DNA of 63,744 nt, filler included, from Bigelowiella natans CCMP2755 (GCA_000320545.1; 6 parts of 6 records of this genome joined end to end with filler, not necessarily neighbours in it); one strand, 5' to 3'; shown: positions 40,740-53,760, counted from the whole stretch's first letter. Numbers and translations are program-made. Notes: generated from the letters alone by a model not told the origin.

Positions 40740-41560
40740 TAGATCTACGACAAGGAATTCATGAACGCAGCTCCAGAAGCTGTCTTGTGCTCTCCTGGAA
40801 ACTGCGATCTCTGGGTTGCGTGAGCATCTTCCATGCCAGCATGGCCTTCTGAGGGGCGAGGGTCGTGCTCGTCGCATCAACGACCGCGAATGCAGGGTCA
40901 AAGGCTTCCATCGCATGTCAATGGAAGAAAGGTTTGGTCCCCATCGATCACTAGATCACGTTGTTGTGACAATTGTGTTGCAACATCACCGCACTCTGTC
41001 GCGACAGCCATCAAGAACCTTTCTGGCTTTCCGACACACGCATGCACTGGTCTAGTGGCACAGGTGATGTCTCCGCGCCGTCCGTGCTATGGCCCACAAT
41101 GTCGAGAGTCGTCGACGTCGCGCATTTGTTGCGCGCAGCCAGTCTTGTTTCTCTTTCAGCTGCACTGGTGCAGTGAGTCATTTTGTGTCGTCGTTTCAGT
41201 CGTTTCTGTTCACGATGGCTGCCTGTGCATGAGCTAACAATTGGTTCTGTGGTGTGATCGAGCTTCTGTCATTGCTCGTCAACAAAGAATTCAAGCCAGT
41301 CCAGCCTGCAGGTTGGTGGCGACAACTACATGCAACTTCCAGCACAATGTCACTCTCACTTCAGCATGCACGTTGTCATTGCACATTGTCTTCTCACAGA
41401 TTCTTCGCCCTACCGCAGCAGATCAACCTGCACTAGAGTGTGCATGGAACCACACTAGCACACGCCACACGAAGGCGTCACAGCATCTAGGCATGTTTGT
41501 TGCATTCATCTAGTTCATCATGCAGCTGCGGACGCGATCAAGGTGTGTGTTTAACGATCA
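40740..41560. repeat. TpA-depleted island, probable decayed repeat
   Basis: The roughly dozen remaining TA dinucleotides are nearly all in CTA context. Sharp contrast with the TA-rich 39450-40700 spacer. Confidence 0.5.
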
Positions 41561-42009
41561 TCACAGCTAAACAAAAGTACTTGTCGAAACGATTGCAACG
41601 AGCTCCGTGTATAGATGAGTGGACAGCGCACTACATTTGAGCACTGCCACCACGCTTGCTAGCCAGCTAGCATGGTGCTCTACGGCAGTCATTGGTTTGT
41701 ACATGTATTTGGATTGACAGGATGTGATTGTTTGTAATGAATTGCAGACATAAAGCACATGTGCTGTGGAATGTCTGTCGCTGTAATCTGTCATCCCAAA
41801 ATTCTCATCATACTAGTTATAATATTACATTACATGTCTATAATAGTTCATCATTGGAGCATGCAGTTGCCAAGGTCCAATTTTCCACTGCATGCACACC
41901 TCCCTCGACTTTCGCTTTCAAAGAATCTTTTCGAATCCTAATAAACCACACAACAGATACACATGTTTTCAGGCGACACGACATTTGCTGTTTAAACAAA
42001 CATATAATT

Positions 42010-43800
42010 TCAGTCATTACTAACCAATGTTGTCTGGTAAGCTTCGAACAAAACGAGCTCTTGCTCGTTTGCAGGATTGATGCAGGAAGCATCTTCTGAG
42101 GCAGGTACTATCTTTTGATTTCTCTTTGGTAAGGAAAATGTTTTACGGATTTGATATTTTTTAGATGTGTGCCAACTGGATGGTTTCGTACATCTCATGC
42201 CAAAATTTTTGGTAGTTCCTAATCTCATTCGCCCAAAACGAGAATGCTTTGCAGCTTCGATATTCGTGAAATTTGAAAGATGTGCCTTTTGAGACTTCCT
42301 TGGATTCTGGATATTTTCGTCAGTCTCATCTTCCCATCCATCTCCGACCGCAGTAGGCAGAATAGGAACAGATCCATTATTTGTCCAAGAGAATAGTTGT
42401 TTTTTTGGCTCTTGGGTAGAGTGATTGCACACTTTCATTCGATTCTCCGAGAGTGGAACATTTTCGTCCTTGAAAATTTTGAAAGGCGTTGGAGGTCGCA
42501 ATTTGCTCGGACGTTGGGAATCTACATCCAGAGATCTGCCCAACGTTGGATCAGACGCAATCACGGAAACCTTGGTTTTGGTTGGCACTGAATCTGATCG
42601 TTTAAGACTAATAATATCAAAATGATAACATTCATTATTAAAGTACTCGGGATTTAGTCTTTGAGTTCCAGCGCATTCAAGAACATATTGAAAGAAATTT
42701 TTCGTTTAGTGATACCGTGATGGTCTGCGATCAGTTTTTTCACTTCTGAAATCCCTATTTTTGGCTTTAGCGAGAAGCTGTACAAGGTAAGGAGATAAGG
42801 TAAGGAGGTAGTGCATGTTCTAACAATGCTAAGTTATACTTCGTCAGATGAGAATATCATAACATAATTAGGCGTTACCCTTCGAACCCAAGGTGGAATT
42901 TCCTGAGCCTTGTATCGGCACATCATTCTTTGAACCATTCTGAGGATAAAGTGAGAAATTCTGGTTTGTACAAGGATGAAATTTTGTTTGCCTAAAAATA
43001 TCGAAGTATCCATTGTGTTGACCATATGTTTAAGCCGGTAAACTTTCATCGATTTTGAATTTGTATCAGCATCCATGGACAAAAATGTTAAGAATATGAG
43101 CTAAAATATTCATCTTACTGCAATTCCTCCATGCGCTTCGTTTTGAATTGCCTGTATGAATTCCATTTATGTATGGACCAAATTGTATGGGAGAATGGAA
43201 GCGGAATCTAGATAACTAAGAAAAGATGGAAAATACTCACTTTTCATATACAGCCCCACGTTTTTCTGTTTGAAGAGCAAAAGGTCTCTAAAGGTACAAA
43301 TCGTAAAATTAAGTCGTTTAGATATAGCTACAGGTACTTTTTTTCTCTGATTTTAGCACGAAATACTATTGAAGGATAATTGTTATAGAAAAGCCTATCG
43401 GATTCTCTCACCATCTCTCCTTCTCTTTCCAAATAAAGTGAAACTGAATAACTAATCCGATGAATATACACTTCTATTTTAGTGGTTTGAAATTTGGAGA
43501 AAATTCAAACAAATGCATACAATCACGAGGAGTTTAAAATATACAGGTCTCGTTGATGTTTCTTTCCTCTGGCTACGGCTCGTAGTTTGTCGTAGGTTTC
43601 GTTCAAATTTTTTCTGAGCTTGCTTGGACAGGGCCAAGGAAGAAGATTTTCTCATATTCGGAATATGGCCTGCTCCCTTCAAATACAGAAGTGAAATGAA
43701 TTGAAGAAGAAATGAACCAAAAAAAACGTACCTCATCTAGATCTGCACGTGTCTTGAGTTTATCCTTAAGGCTGCCTTTTCTTTTGAGCATGCTTCGTAA
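42010..43800 (-). CDS. Hypothetical multi-exon protein
   Basis: 192-aa ORF 42010-42588 plus upstream coding-like blocks separated by short AT-rich introns. No family recognised. Confidence 0.4.
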
Positions 43801-44393
43801 AGATGAGTTGGCACGGGTTCCCAGGTTGTCTTTGATACCCTCCTAAGGCGAAATGGGTATCCTACTAGATCTACTGTCCCGAGAGCACAGGGGTGCAACC
43901 GGTTACAAGCTTTGAAATCAAAGGGAAATCTATTGGGTTCGATGCCTGCGACATGCAAATACAAGCAGTTCAAGTAAAATTTGTCAATTTAAATTACATC
44001 AACGTCTCTCATGCCCAAATTCGATCAAATTGAAGGAAAACCTGACATACGACATGATCAGGCTACTCCAGAAGCGATCGTACCATGCTGGTGGTCACCT
44101 GCTCTTATTTTTAATATACGACATGACTAATACTATGTCGTAAAGATGTAAACAATGATTATTTCACACTCTTCAAATAAAAGATGTCACAGCAACTTCC
44201 AACGTTACGAGTCGTACGCATTCAAAAGGCGGCTTCATTATTCAAAAATGAAGGGAAAGAATCATCTGCGACAATAAATCTCAGACATTTTACTGAGAAA
44301 TGGCGCTAAGTGACTCGCCATCAAAACAGGACCGCCCATGCGTTCACCCCCTCGCTTCTCATGAGCTTTAGATAACAGACTACACGAATATAG

Positions 44394-45912
44394 ATGAATT
44401 TTGGGTGGAAAATTGCATGGTCTTTCCTCGTTTTGGCCGCCATCATTGGCATACAGACGGCGACTGCGTGCACGACTAATGAAGATTGTAGCTTCAATGG
44501 CGTTTGTGCAGGGACCACATGCATTTGCAACATGGGTTGGAAGGATGCGAAATGCCAGACGTTGGATTTTGAACCTCTGGACAAGGACGTAATAGGTTAC
44601 AACGCAATCGTTACTACCGAAAGCGCTTCTGCGGGTGCTGCCATTGTCCAAGGAACAGGTACTTATCCGAATATAGATACTTCAGGTTTTGCCTTATATA
44701 TGCTAGCTCACAACTCATCAAAATTCAATTCCCCCATACGCGACTTATTCGTAAATACCTTGATAGTTTATTTCCACTTTCGACTCAAAAGACGTTGTTT
44801 GAGTTTGAAGCATGCAATGATTTGTGGTTTTCCTTATTGTATCTTCATTTTAGGCGGCGTTTGGCACATGTGGGTGACGGAAATTGCCAAAAATTGCGGA
44901 TATCCCTCCTGGAAGACCAACTCCATGATCTCCTATGCCTCTTCTACATCCCTTGCGGTAATAAGCGCATTAACTATTATTCATTTAACCAGAGCTTTTG
45001 ATTCCATATAACTTGAAAATAACTTTATATCCTTTTCAGGGTCCATATGCGAAAAAAGATGATTTGTTCGGCCCATTTGCTTCGACTCCAAAGGTAGGCC
45101 CTGCATCCCGTGAATGTTTTCGTCCATCCGTAGAATTTTACACCAAAAATCATTTCCATGAGACGTTACTTGATAAAGTTGACGTACGAATGGGGGATTG
45201 TTGTTCAGTTTGCCTATACAGTGTGCCATCTATTAATCTGGTTGAATACATTATTAGGCTGTAAAAGCACCCTCTGGGGAATACGTCCTATACATATCAG
45301 CTTTTGTCGATCGTAATGTCTAATAACTTAACCTAGAAAGACTAATATCATAATATCACGCGAGCGCAGTACCGCTATCGAAGACGTATCCATTCCTTGA
45401 GTAGAAGTGGAAGTGTATCAGGAAGCGGGAAAGGCGATGTTATTTTCAATCTGCATTTTGCATTTCGCATTTCACACAATTATTGAGAGTTCCTCCCCTT
45501 TACAGCGCTTTCTCAACGAGTCGACGCGAATGCGGATACCAACGTCTGCGACTGCTCCATCGTAAGATATTTGTTTAAAATAGCGGCACATAAGAAAAAA
45601 GAAGATACCTATAGTCCTGTAGCGAAAATAATCCAGGCTAGCAATAAAGACTTCACGTTTGGAACAATGCTGACATCGCATGATCGTCTTAGTAATTAGC
45701 CTTTTAGTAACTAGCCTTTTTGAGTTCCCATGACCGTTTCTCCTGTGAATTTTCAGACACACCCGAATAAGAGGCTTTATGCCAAAATGTGGACATGGTG
45801 CAATGAGACGAGGACGGATGTTACAGAAGCCACGTAATACCACTACCAATTTTTGCCTGCTTTTTCGGAACGTACACACTTGTGTTTTTGTGTATACGTG
45901 TATATGTGCATT

Positions 45913-45947
<35 letters not shown>

Positions 45948-46560
45948 TTGTGCGAAAGGCGCAGCATTATTCGCGAGGCACTATAGTCGCCACTTTGCAA
46001 TCTCCGTGCAGATAATTTCTTATCATCTCGAATTCATTTTGGTCCTTTACAAGGTACATGACTTGGACCAAAACCCCGTCGGATCTTACGTCGTACTCCC
46101 CATTCGTGCGCATGTAAGTCAAGCAAATAATTGCCTCACCAAATGCAAAGATTAGGGTAGACTGCAGTCCGTTACTACATCGTGAGCATTTGTGCGACTT
46201 CCACGACCCTGTTTTTCACTTTCTCCTGCATTGAAAAGAACGCTGAAATCTGCCTGGTGGTGCGATTGTAGCAGTTGCTTTATCGTGTATATCACGGAAA
46301 CTTTTTTGGAAATGAACGATCTTCTCTAGATATCAACCGGAGGACCATCTGCAAACCCTTCATGCGATGTATTCGCCACTCATACTTCCAGGTGCTTTCC
46401 TCCTTCTCTATTAACATTTCACCTGTTTAGATCCTAGCATTTCTTTCCGAGTCATTTCTTCTGACGATGGATACCGTCTCTCTCGTCAATATCAGATTCT
46501 TCCGTGGCTGCATTGTATCGAACACAGTAATAATAATAATAACCATAAACAAGGATAATT

Positions 46561-46604
<44 letters not shown>

Positions 46605-49600
46605 TAAAGCTTGTTGCCTTTGGACTATCACGCCAGAGAGAAAATACCTGATAAGCGAGTATCGATGGAAATGTCCAAAGAACATATTTCGGGGGGTACT
46701 ATTGTTGTTTAGAAGCCGTTTTATATAGAAGGCTAGTAGGCAATATATGCATATGGATGGCACACAGAAATTGAGATATTGTACCTGCAAACAGCACTAC
46801 GTGCGCCGGAGAGCCATGTTCAATAATTTGCAGCTCCTACGCCTCAGATTGGAAAGTAAGAAATGAACGCGAGAAACAAGAAAATAACGGCGAACATACG
46901 GGAGTGATCACCTCTTTCCTCTTTTCTTAGGAGCCTTCTACCTATGAATTCTTTGGCGCAAACATCTTCGGTACCAATTTCATGAGCGCAAAAGATGGCC
47001 TGGAAGACCCCAGCCTATACAGAGATCCGAACGGCGTGTTTCATGCATTCATTGTCAATAGAATTGGCGGATATTCCATCCTTCATGTAAGTGCAACAAA
47101 TTAGAACTAGTGTCGCAGCGTTGAGAGGGGAAAGCGAGATTCATACACTGGAACGCCTTTAGCCGTCCTGCGAAGCTTTTCGCAGGGGCAATATCTTTCA
47201 GTACTCAGTTTTCATCTTAGAAGACTAAAGTCGCCACAGTTGTGGTTATAACCAAAGATAGAAACCTACGCGTCCTCTAAAAAATTTTCCTCGACCAACA
47301 CCGCATTATTACCAGGCATACTCGACAGACTTCACGACTTGGACTTCCACCGGGACTGCATATGCGAATTCTCTAGCATTTACAGATAAGTCAGTGCGCT
47401 ACTACTTAGCGAACACGGAGTTTTTTTAATCCGCTTGGCGTAGTCGAATCTTCGGTCTCAAATAAATAACCAATCTCTGAGAGCTCACACGGCAGCTAAC
47501 CTCCTCGTCGTCTTTAATCTCATCTCAGTACACAAGGCGTCTTCCCGGCGTGTGTAAGGCCATTCGCAGTCATGGACATGATTACCGGAAGCCTCAAAGC
47601 TTTCACGACCGCGTGCGCCATAGGAGTTTCTCTCGCAGCTGGTACTTACTCTTCATGAATCGTGGGGATATATTGCTATTCCATCTATAGTGTGTGGTGT
47701 GCTCATGTCTAACTCCCCGCTCACCAATGACCCTGTCCCCTTCTCTTTCTCTTCAGCGAACGGAGTGCCGTTTGACGAGGCCGACTTTGCAACGTTGACA
47801 TGCGTGCATTTATTCATGAAGAAGAACACCACATCGCCAACTGCAAACCCTACGACAGTACCGACTCATGCCCCTAGCCTCTCGCCAACATCGTGTCCAT
47901 CAAGCGCGCCAACTTCTTCTCCAAAACTCGTTTCATCATCACCTTCACAGGCCCCCAGCGCTGTCCCATCACTCACTCCCACGTTCTCGCCAAAAGTAGC
48001 TTCCTCGGCTCCTTCGCATAACCCAAGTCAGGCTCCATCATGCTCCCCAACGTCATCCCCTGCTTCTAGGACAACTGCTCCTTCAAGTAGTCCCATCGCA
48101 GGGACAGCATCTCCATCGACTACTCCTGCGCTTGCAACCACAGCTCCATCGAATGCTCCTGTTGCAGGCACTGGAACTCCCTCTAGTAGTCCTGTCTCAG
48201 GATCCTCAGCCCCAACAAGCACTCCAATCGGTGGTACCATCTCTCCAACTAGTAGTCCTGCAGTTACAACAACGGCTCCATCTAGTAGTCCTTTTGCAGG
48301 CACTGGAACTCCCTCTAGTAGTCCTGTCTCAGGATCCTCAGCCCCAACAAGCACTCCATTCAGTGGTACAATAGCTCCAAGTAGTAGTCCTGCAGTTACA
48401 ACAACGGCACCAACGGGTAGTCCTGTTGTAGGCACTGGGACTCCCTCTAGTAGTCCTGACTCAGGATCTTCAGCCCCAACAAGCACTCCATTCAGTGGTA
48501 CAATAGCTCCAAGTAGTAGTCCTGCAGTTACAACAACGGCACCAACGGGTAGTCCTGCTGCAGGCACTCTATCTCCATCTAGTAGTCCTGTTGTAGGCAC
48601 TGGGACTCCCTCTAGTAGTCCTGACTCAGGATCTTCAGCCCCAACAAGCACTCCATTCAGTGGTACAATAGCTCCAAGTAGTAGTCCTGCAGTTACAACA
48701 ACGGCACCAACGGGTAGTCCTGTTGCAGGCACTGATTCTCCATCTAGTGGTCCTTTTGCAGGCACTCTATCTCCATCTGGTAGTCCTGTCTCAGGGTCCT
48801 TAGCCCCAACAAGCACTCCATTCAGTGGTACAATAGCTCCAACTACTAGTCCTGCAGTTACAACAACGGCACCAACGGGTAGTCCTGTTGCAGGCACTGA
48901 TTCTCCATCTAGTAGTCCTTTTGCAGGCACTCTATCTCCATCTAGTAGTCCTGTCTCAGGATCCTCAGCCCCAACAAGCACTCCAATCAGTGGTACAATA
49001 GCTCCAACTAGTAGTCCTGCAGCTACAACAACGGCACCAACGGGTAGTCCTGCTGCAGGCACTCTATCTCCATCTAGTAGTCCTGTTGTAGGCACTGGGA
49101 CTCCCTCTAGTAGTCCTGACTCAGGATCCTCAGCCCCAACAAGAACTCCATTCAGTGGTACAATAGCTCCAAGTAGTAGTCCTGCAGTTACAACAACGGC
49201 ACCAACGGGTAGTCCTGCTGCAGGCACTCTATCTCCATCTAGTAGTCCTGTTGTAGGCACTGGGACTCCCTCTAGTAGTCCTGACTCAGGATCTTCAGCC
49301 CCAACAAGCACTCCATTCAGTGGTACAATAGCTCCAAGTAGTAGTCCTGCAGTTACAACAACGGCACCAACGGGTAGTCCTGCTGCAGGCACTCTATCTC
49401 CATCTAGTAGTCCTGTTGTAGGCACTGGGACTCCCTCTAGTAGTCCTGACTCAGGATCTTCAGCCCCAACAAGCACTCCATTCAGTGGTACAATAGCTCC
49501 AAGTAGTAGTCCTGCAGTTACAACAACGGCACCAACGGGTAGTCCTGCTGCAGGCACTCTATCTCCATCTAGTAGTCCTGACTCAGGATCTTCAGCCCCA

Positions 49601-50923
49601 ACAAGCACTCCATTCAGTGGTACAATAGCTCCAAGTAGTAGTCCTGTTGCAGGCACTGATTCTCCATCTAGTAGTCCTGTTGCAGGCACTCTATCTCCAT
49701 CTGGTAGTCCTGTCTCAGGATCCTCAGCCCCAACAAGCACTCCATTCAGTGGTACAATAGCTCCAACTAGTAGTCCTGCTGCAGGCACTGGGACTCCCTC
49801 TAGTAGTCCTGTCTCAGGATCCTCAGCCCCAACAAGCACTCCAATCAGTGGTACCATCGCTCCAACTTGTAGTCCTGCAGTTGCAGCAACGGCTCCATCG
49901 GGTAGTCCTGCTGCAGGCACTCTATCTCCATCTAGTAGTCCTGTTGTAGGCACTGGGACTCCATCTGGTAGTCCTGTCTCAGGATCCTCAGCCCCAACAA
50001 GCACTCCAATCAGCGGTACAATAGCTCCAACTAGTAGTCCTGTTGCAGGCACTGGGACTCCATCTAGTAGTCCTTTCTCAGGATCCTCAGCCCCAACAAG
50101 CATTCCTATCAATGATTCCATCGCTCCCTCTAGTAGTCCTGTGTCAGGGTCTTTAGTTCCATCAGGGACTCCAATAACTGGTACTTTCGCCCCATCATCG
50201 AGCCCTGCGTTGAAAACCGCACTTCCATCGAATACTCCTATGGTGGGTACAGGTTCACCATCGACGAGTCCTTTCTTCGGGTCATTAACTCCAACAAGGG
50301 ATCCATTTATTGGCACCAATGCCCCATCAACATCCAGCGTTCAGAATGCTACTGCTTCTCCGATCAGGAACGGGACTTCTTCCGGCGGAAATTTAACATT
50401 CACAGAGGGGCCAACAGCTACTCCAATCGCTGCTGCTGCTACCTTCGGCCCTAGCGCGCAGCCTTCCACTCCTCCAACTGCACTTTCATCCGCCTCTCAG
50501 GGGCAGGCGAGTTCATCAATATTCATCATTCTTGCTGGTGCTGCTCTCGGTGTTGCTATAGGGCTACCCGCCATCGGCTACGTTGTTTGGAATGGAATAA
50601 TGAAGTCTCAATCAGCGGCTTCGGCCAAAATACAAGTTAAAACCGACACCGCGTGGAAGAGACATATGAATGCGAATGGGGCGCACAAGCATGCGTTCAT
50701 TGCGGCTGGATTGCAAACAGAATCATCTTTGCCCTCAATGCAACGCGTCACGACAATGGTGAACAACTTTATGACACAGGATGGAAATAGGATCCCATCT
50801 TCTTCAGCTGCAAATCTTGAACGAGCTTTCACCAGAATGTCAACGAAAAATCAAGTAACTCCTTGGGATAACCCATCAGGAGGTTCCAGTCAGGAGAGCA
50901 TAGATGGGAAATTCATGGTGTGA
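44394..50923 (+). CDS. Type I membrane glycoprotein: signal peptide, EGF-like domain, GH43-like beta-propeller, S/T/P mucin stalk, TM helix, cytoplasmic tail
   Basis: Signal MNFGWKIAWSFLVLAAIIG; CTTNEDCSFNGVC..CICNMGWKDAKC; exons WHMWVTEIAKNCG..NSMISYASS..GPY, LEDPSLYRDPNGVFHAF and HAYSTDFTTW; large last exon with repeats and IFIILAGAALGVAIGLPAIGYVVW. Joining all exons into one gene is inferred. Confidence 0.7.
48060..50150 (+). repeat. Coding tandem repeat: 33-bp (11-aa) monomers in 99/132/165-bp higher-order units
   Basis: Monomers PSSSPVVGTGT / PSSSPDSGSSA / PTSTPFSGTIA / PSSSPAVTTTA / PTGSPAAGTLS. Marker CAGTGGTAC recurs at 48361, 48493, 48658, 48823, 48988, 49153, 49318, 49483, 49615 and 49747. 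Confidence 0.95.
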
Positions 50924-51009
50924 CGAAATTCAGACCAACAAAATCGAGATCACTGGCGCACCTTGTGCTTGTGGCTTTTGACTCATAGACATATCAACTT
51001 TTAACTTAC

Positions 51010-53760
51010 ACTTGAAAATGAAATCCAATGATCATTGTGTGAAATCACTCAATTTGTTTTGTTGCCATCAAATTGAAAGCAACAACTTCCCGTCCATGCC
51101 ATGCGTGTTTCAACTGCCGCACGATCTGGCGATGCGTGTCGTTCGCAAGGTGCACCACAGTGCGCGTTTGCAGCACAAACATGTGCACAGCGACTCAACA
51201 ACGCGATGCGCACTTGTCTCTGACATGATTGACTGGCTAGCACCACTGCACGTTTTGCACGCGCTGGCGCGCAGGATGGCGACGTGGTGCGTGTGCTTGT
51301 TGTGAAAGCACACCAGTCCTTCCATCAACTGAGCTAGCTGAGTCCAGTCCAGCAGTGGTGCTGACTTCAAAACGCAGTGCTGAAGTTTGAAGTTGCATGA
51401 ACGCACCGTTTGCGCATTGCCAGAGTGGACCCTCGCGTGCTTCCAGCAAGGAGTTTGAAGTTGGAGGCTTTTCGACGAAAAAGACACCAGGCTGTCAGAT
51501 AGACTGGCAGCGTCTGCAAGTGCTGGCGAGTGCGTCGGGCCTGGTTTTCAAAAGGAGGAAGGAAGGGAAGTGGTGTGCTTCGTTGGAGCGGTTGAAAGAA
51601 TCGCGGGACGACACGCTGGCACGCTGGCTACACGCTGGTCCGCGAATCATCACGCAATGATTTGCTGCGGACATCGCCAATGATGATTTTGCATCATGCA
51701 ATGATCATGTGATGAAATTCATTGCGTCATGATTTTGCATCATGCAATGATCATGCAATGAAACTCGTTGCATGATCAACATGCAATGACAATCAACACA
51801 GAATGATTTTCATTGAGCAATGAATGCATGATGATGATCATTGTGAAATGATGATCATTGCAAGCCATCACGTTGTGACAATCAATGAATGATGACAGCA
51901 ATTGCAAATGATTGCACAATGATGTTCGATGCATGGTGACATTCATGATCATTGCACAATGAAAAATTGATCATTCTTTTGCAATCGATGCATGATGAAC
52001 AACATCAGACATTGATCTGTGACAAACACGATGCGATTGTTTGGTTCTGCAACACACCCAACTGACAACCTGCATCCAAGGAAGGCAAAGTGTCTGGCAA
52101 GCACGATGAAAGTGAAAGTCCTTTCGTCAACTGCGACTTCTGACCCGAACACGTTGTCTGTCAATGTCAATTTGCAACCAAGCTAGCAAGAGGGTCGCCA
52201 GCAACAGGGGAGTGCTAGAGTGGGTGGGCATGAGGCATTCCGTGGCACGCAGAGCGCCGTTGATGTCACCTGAAGTCACATGCATTCGTCTAGACATGAC
52301 GTGGTCTTGAGTTCCAACACGTTTGACGTGTGCATGGTTCCACAAGATTGATGTTCAGCACAATGAAAAATTTGTTGAATGGAGCACATCATCATGCAAT
52401 GATTGTGTTGATGCTCACGCAGTGATTGTCAATGTGCAATGATTGCATTGTGCATTGCATGTCCATCATGCATTTCCAAACTCAATGGCAAAATTCAATG
52501 CACAATGATTTGAAGATCGAGCAACAACTAGTCTCAGCATTGTGTCATGCGCAATGATTGAGAATCACCACATTTGAAGCATGACGATGCGCGACCACAC
52601 GTTCACACGTCATGCACCTGGCGCATGCGACGCAGCAGGCCAATGATTTGAAGATCATCACTTTGCAATGATTGAAAAGCATTGCGCAAGGGTCATCATG
52701 CAATCATTTTTGTGTCATTTCGTGATGAAAAAACAACATGCATTTGTTCAGAAAGCATCAGCAACACGCAATGATTTGAATTTGTTTTTCATTGATCATC
52801 ATTGTGCATTGATTTTGTGTCAACACGCAATGAAAAATCAACACGCAGTGATTTGGGCAAAATCCACATCTGATGATTCAGAATCATTGCGCAACAATTG
52901 TCAACAAGCAATGATTTGGAATCTTCACGTGATGAATTTTTTCATCACACGATGTTTCATTGTGATCAATGCACAATGATTCTGATTCATCAACAATGAT
53001 GTTCATCATGTGATGACATCATCATTGCACAATGATGAAATGATGACATCAAAATCATCACATGATGATGAATGTCATTGCATGATGAAAAAATCATCAC
53101 ATGATGAATTTGAGCCATCATTGCGCAATGAATTTTGGACCACAGTGATGGCTGGCTAGCTGGTCACAAAAGGGGAGAAAGTGAGCAAGGATCAGGTTCA
53201 AGGCCAGGAGGCTTGAGGCTCGTGTTCACTCGATGCGACGTCCAGACAGCACGCCAACAACGTGAGAACAATGAGAGCAATGATGATGAACCACGTTTCC
53301 AAAGTGAACGTGAACAATGAACAATGAGCAATGAACAATGATGATGAACTGCGTTTCCAAAACGTTGCAAGCATTTGCAGAGTGCGAAACGCAGTGCCTC
53401 GAACTGGCTTTGGTGAGGACTGTGACTGGTGAACTGGCAGGTTTTTCAAGTTGGCACGATTTGGCTGTTGTGAGACAATGCAGCTAGCAGCAACGTGGCG
53501 GCGGCGCAAGGCATCTGCTCTGAGCAGGAACTTCCCAAACGCCACGTCTGCACGCTGATCCATGTTTGGATCATCCGAAGGAGCACCCAGCACAACTTCA
53601 GTTTTGGCAGAGTCAGGAACAATGAACAATGAACAATGAACAAAGCGTTGATCAAATCTGCATGCGCCAGAACCACACGGGAGACAGGCGTTTGCGTGCA
53701 GCAGAGCCTCAACAACACTCGTTGCAAGGACTTGTCAGCACCCTGTTGGTGATCAATGGC
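51010..53760. repeat. TpA-depleted composite repeat island
   Basis: About 10 TA in 2.75 kb, 8 of them in CTAG. Contains formerly AT-rich low-complexity tracts, short tandem duplications and a LINE 3' end. Confidence 0.75.
53317..53625 (-). mobile_element. Second copy of the LINE-like 3' end remnant
   Basis: Reverse complement matches about 35690-35995 (PDSAKTEVVLGAPSDDPNMDQRADVAFGKFLLRA vs PDSVKTKVLLGAPSDDPNVDRRVDVAFRKFLIRA), followed by a converted A/T-rich tail. Confidence 0.65.

Noticed and set aside
48060-50150. CRISPR-like array
   Set aside because: No unique spacers, an in-frame protein repeat, eukaryotic context and no cas genes.
48028-50319. 763-aa antisense ORF (GLLDG/VPV repeats)
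   Set aside because: Shadow frame of the sense tandem repeat. A stop-free monomer stays open when repeated, and the sense frame has the TM and tail context.
51010-53760. CpG deamination or classical RIP as the cause of the TG/CA excess
   Set aside because: CG persists in the islands and TA is what is missing. C->T processes cannot remove TA, and RIP would increase it.
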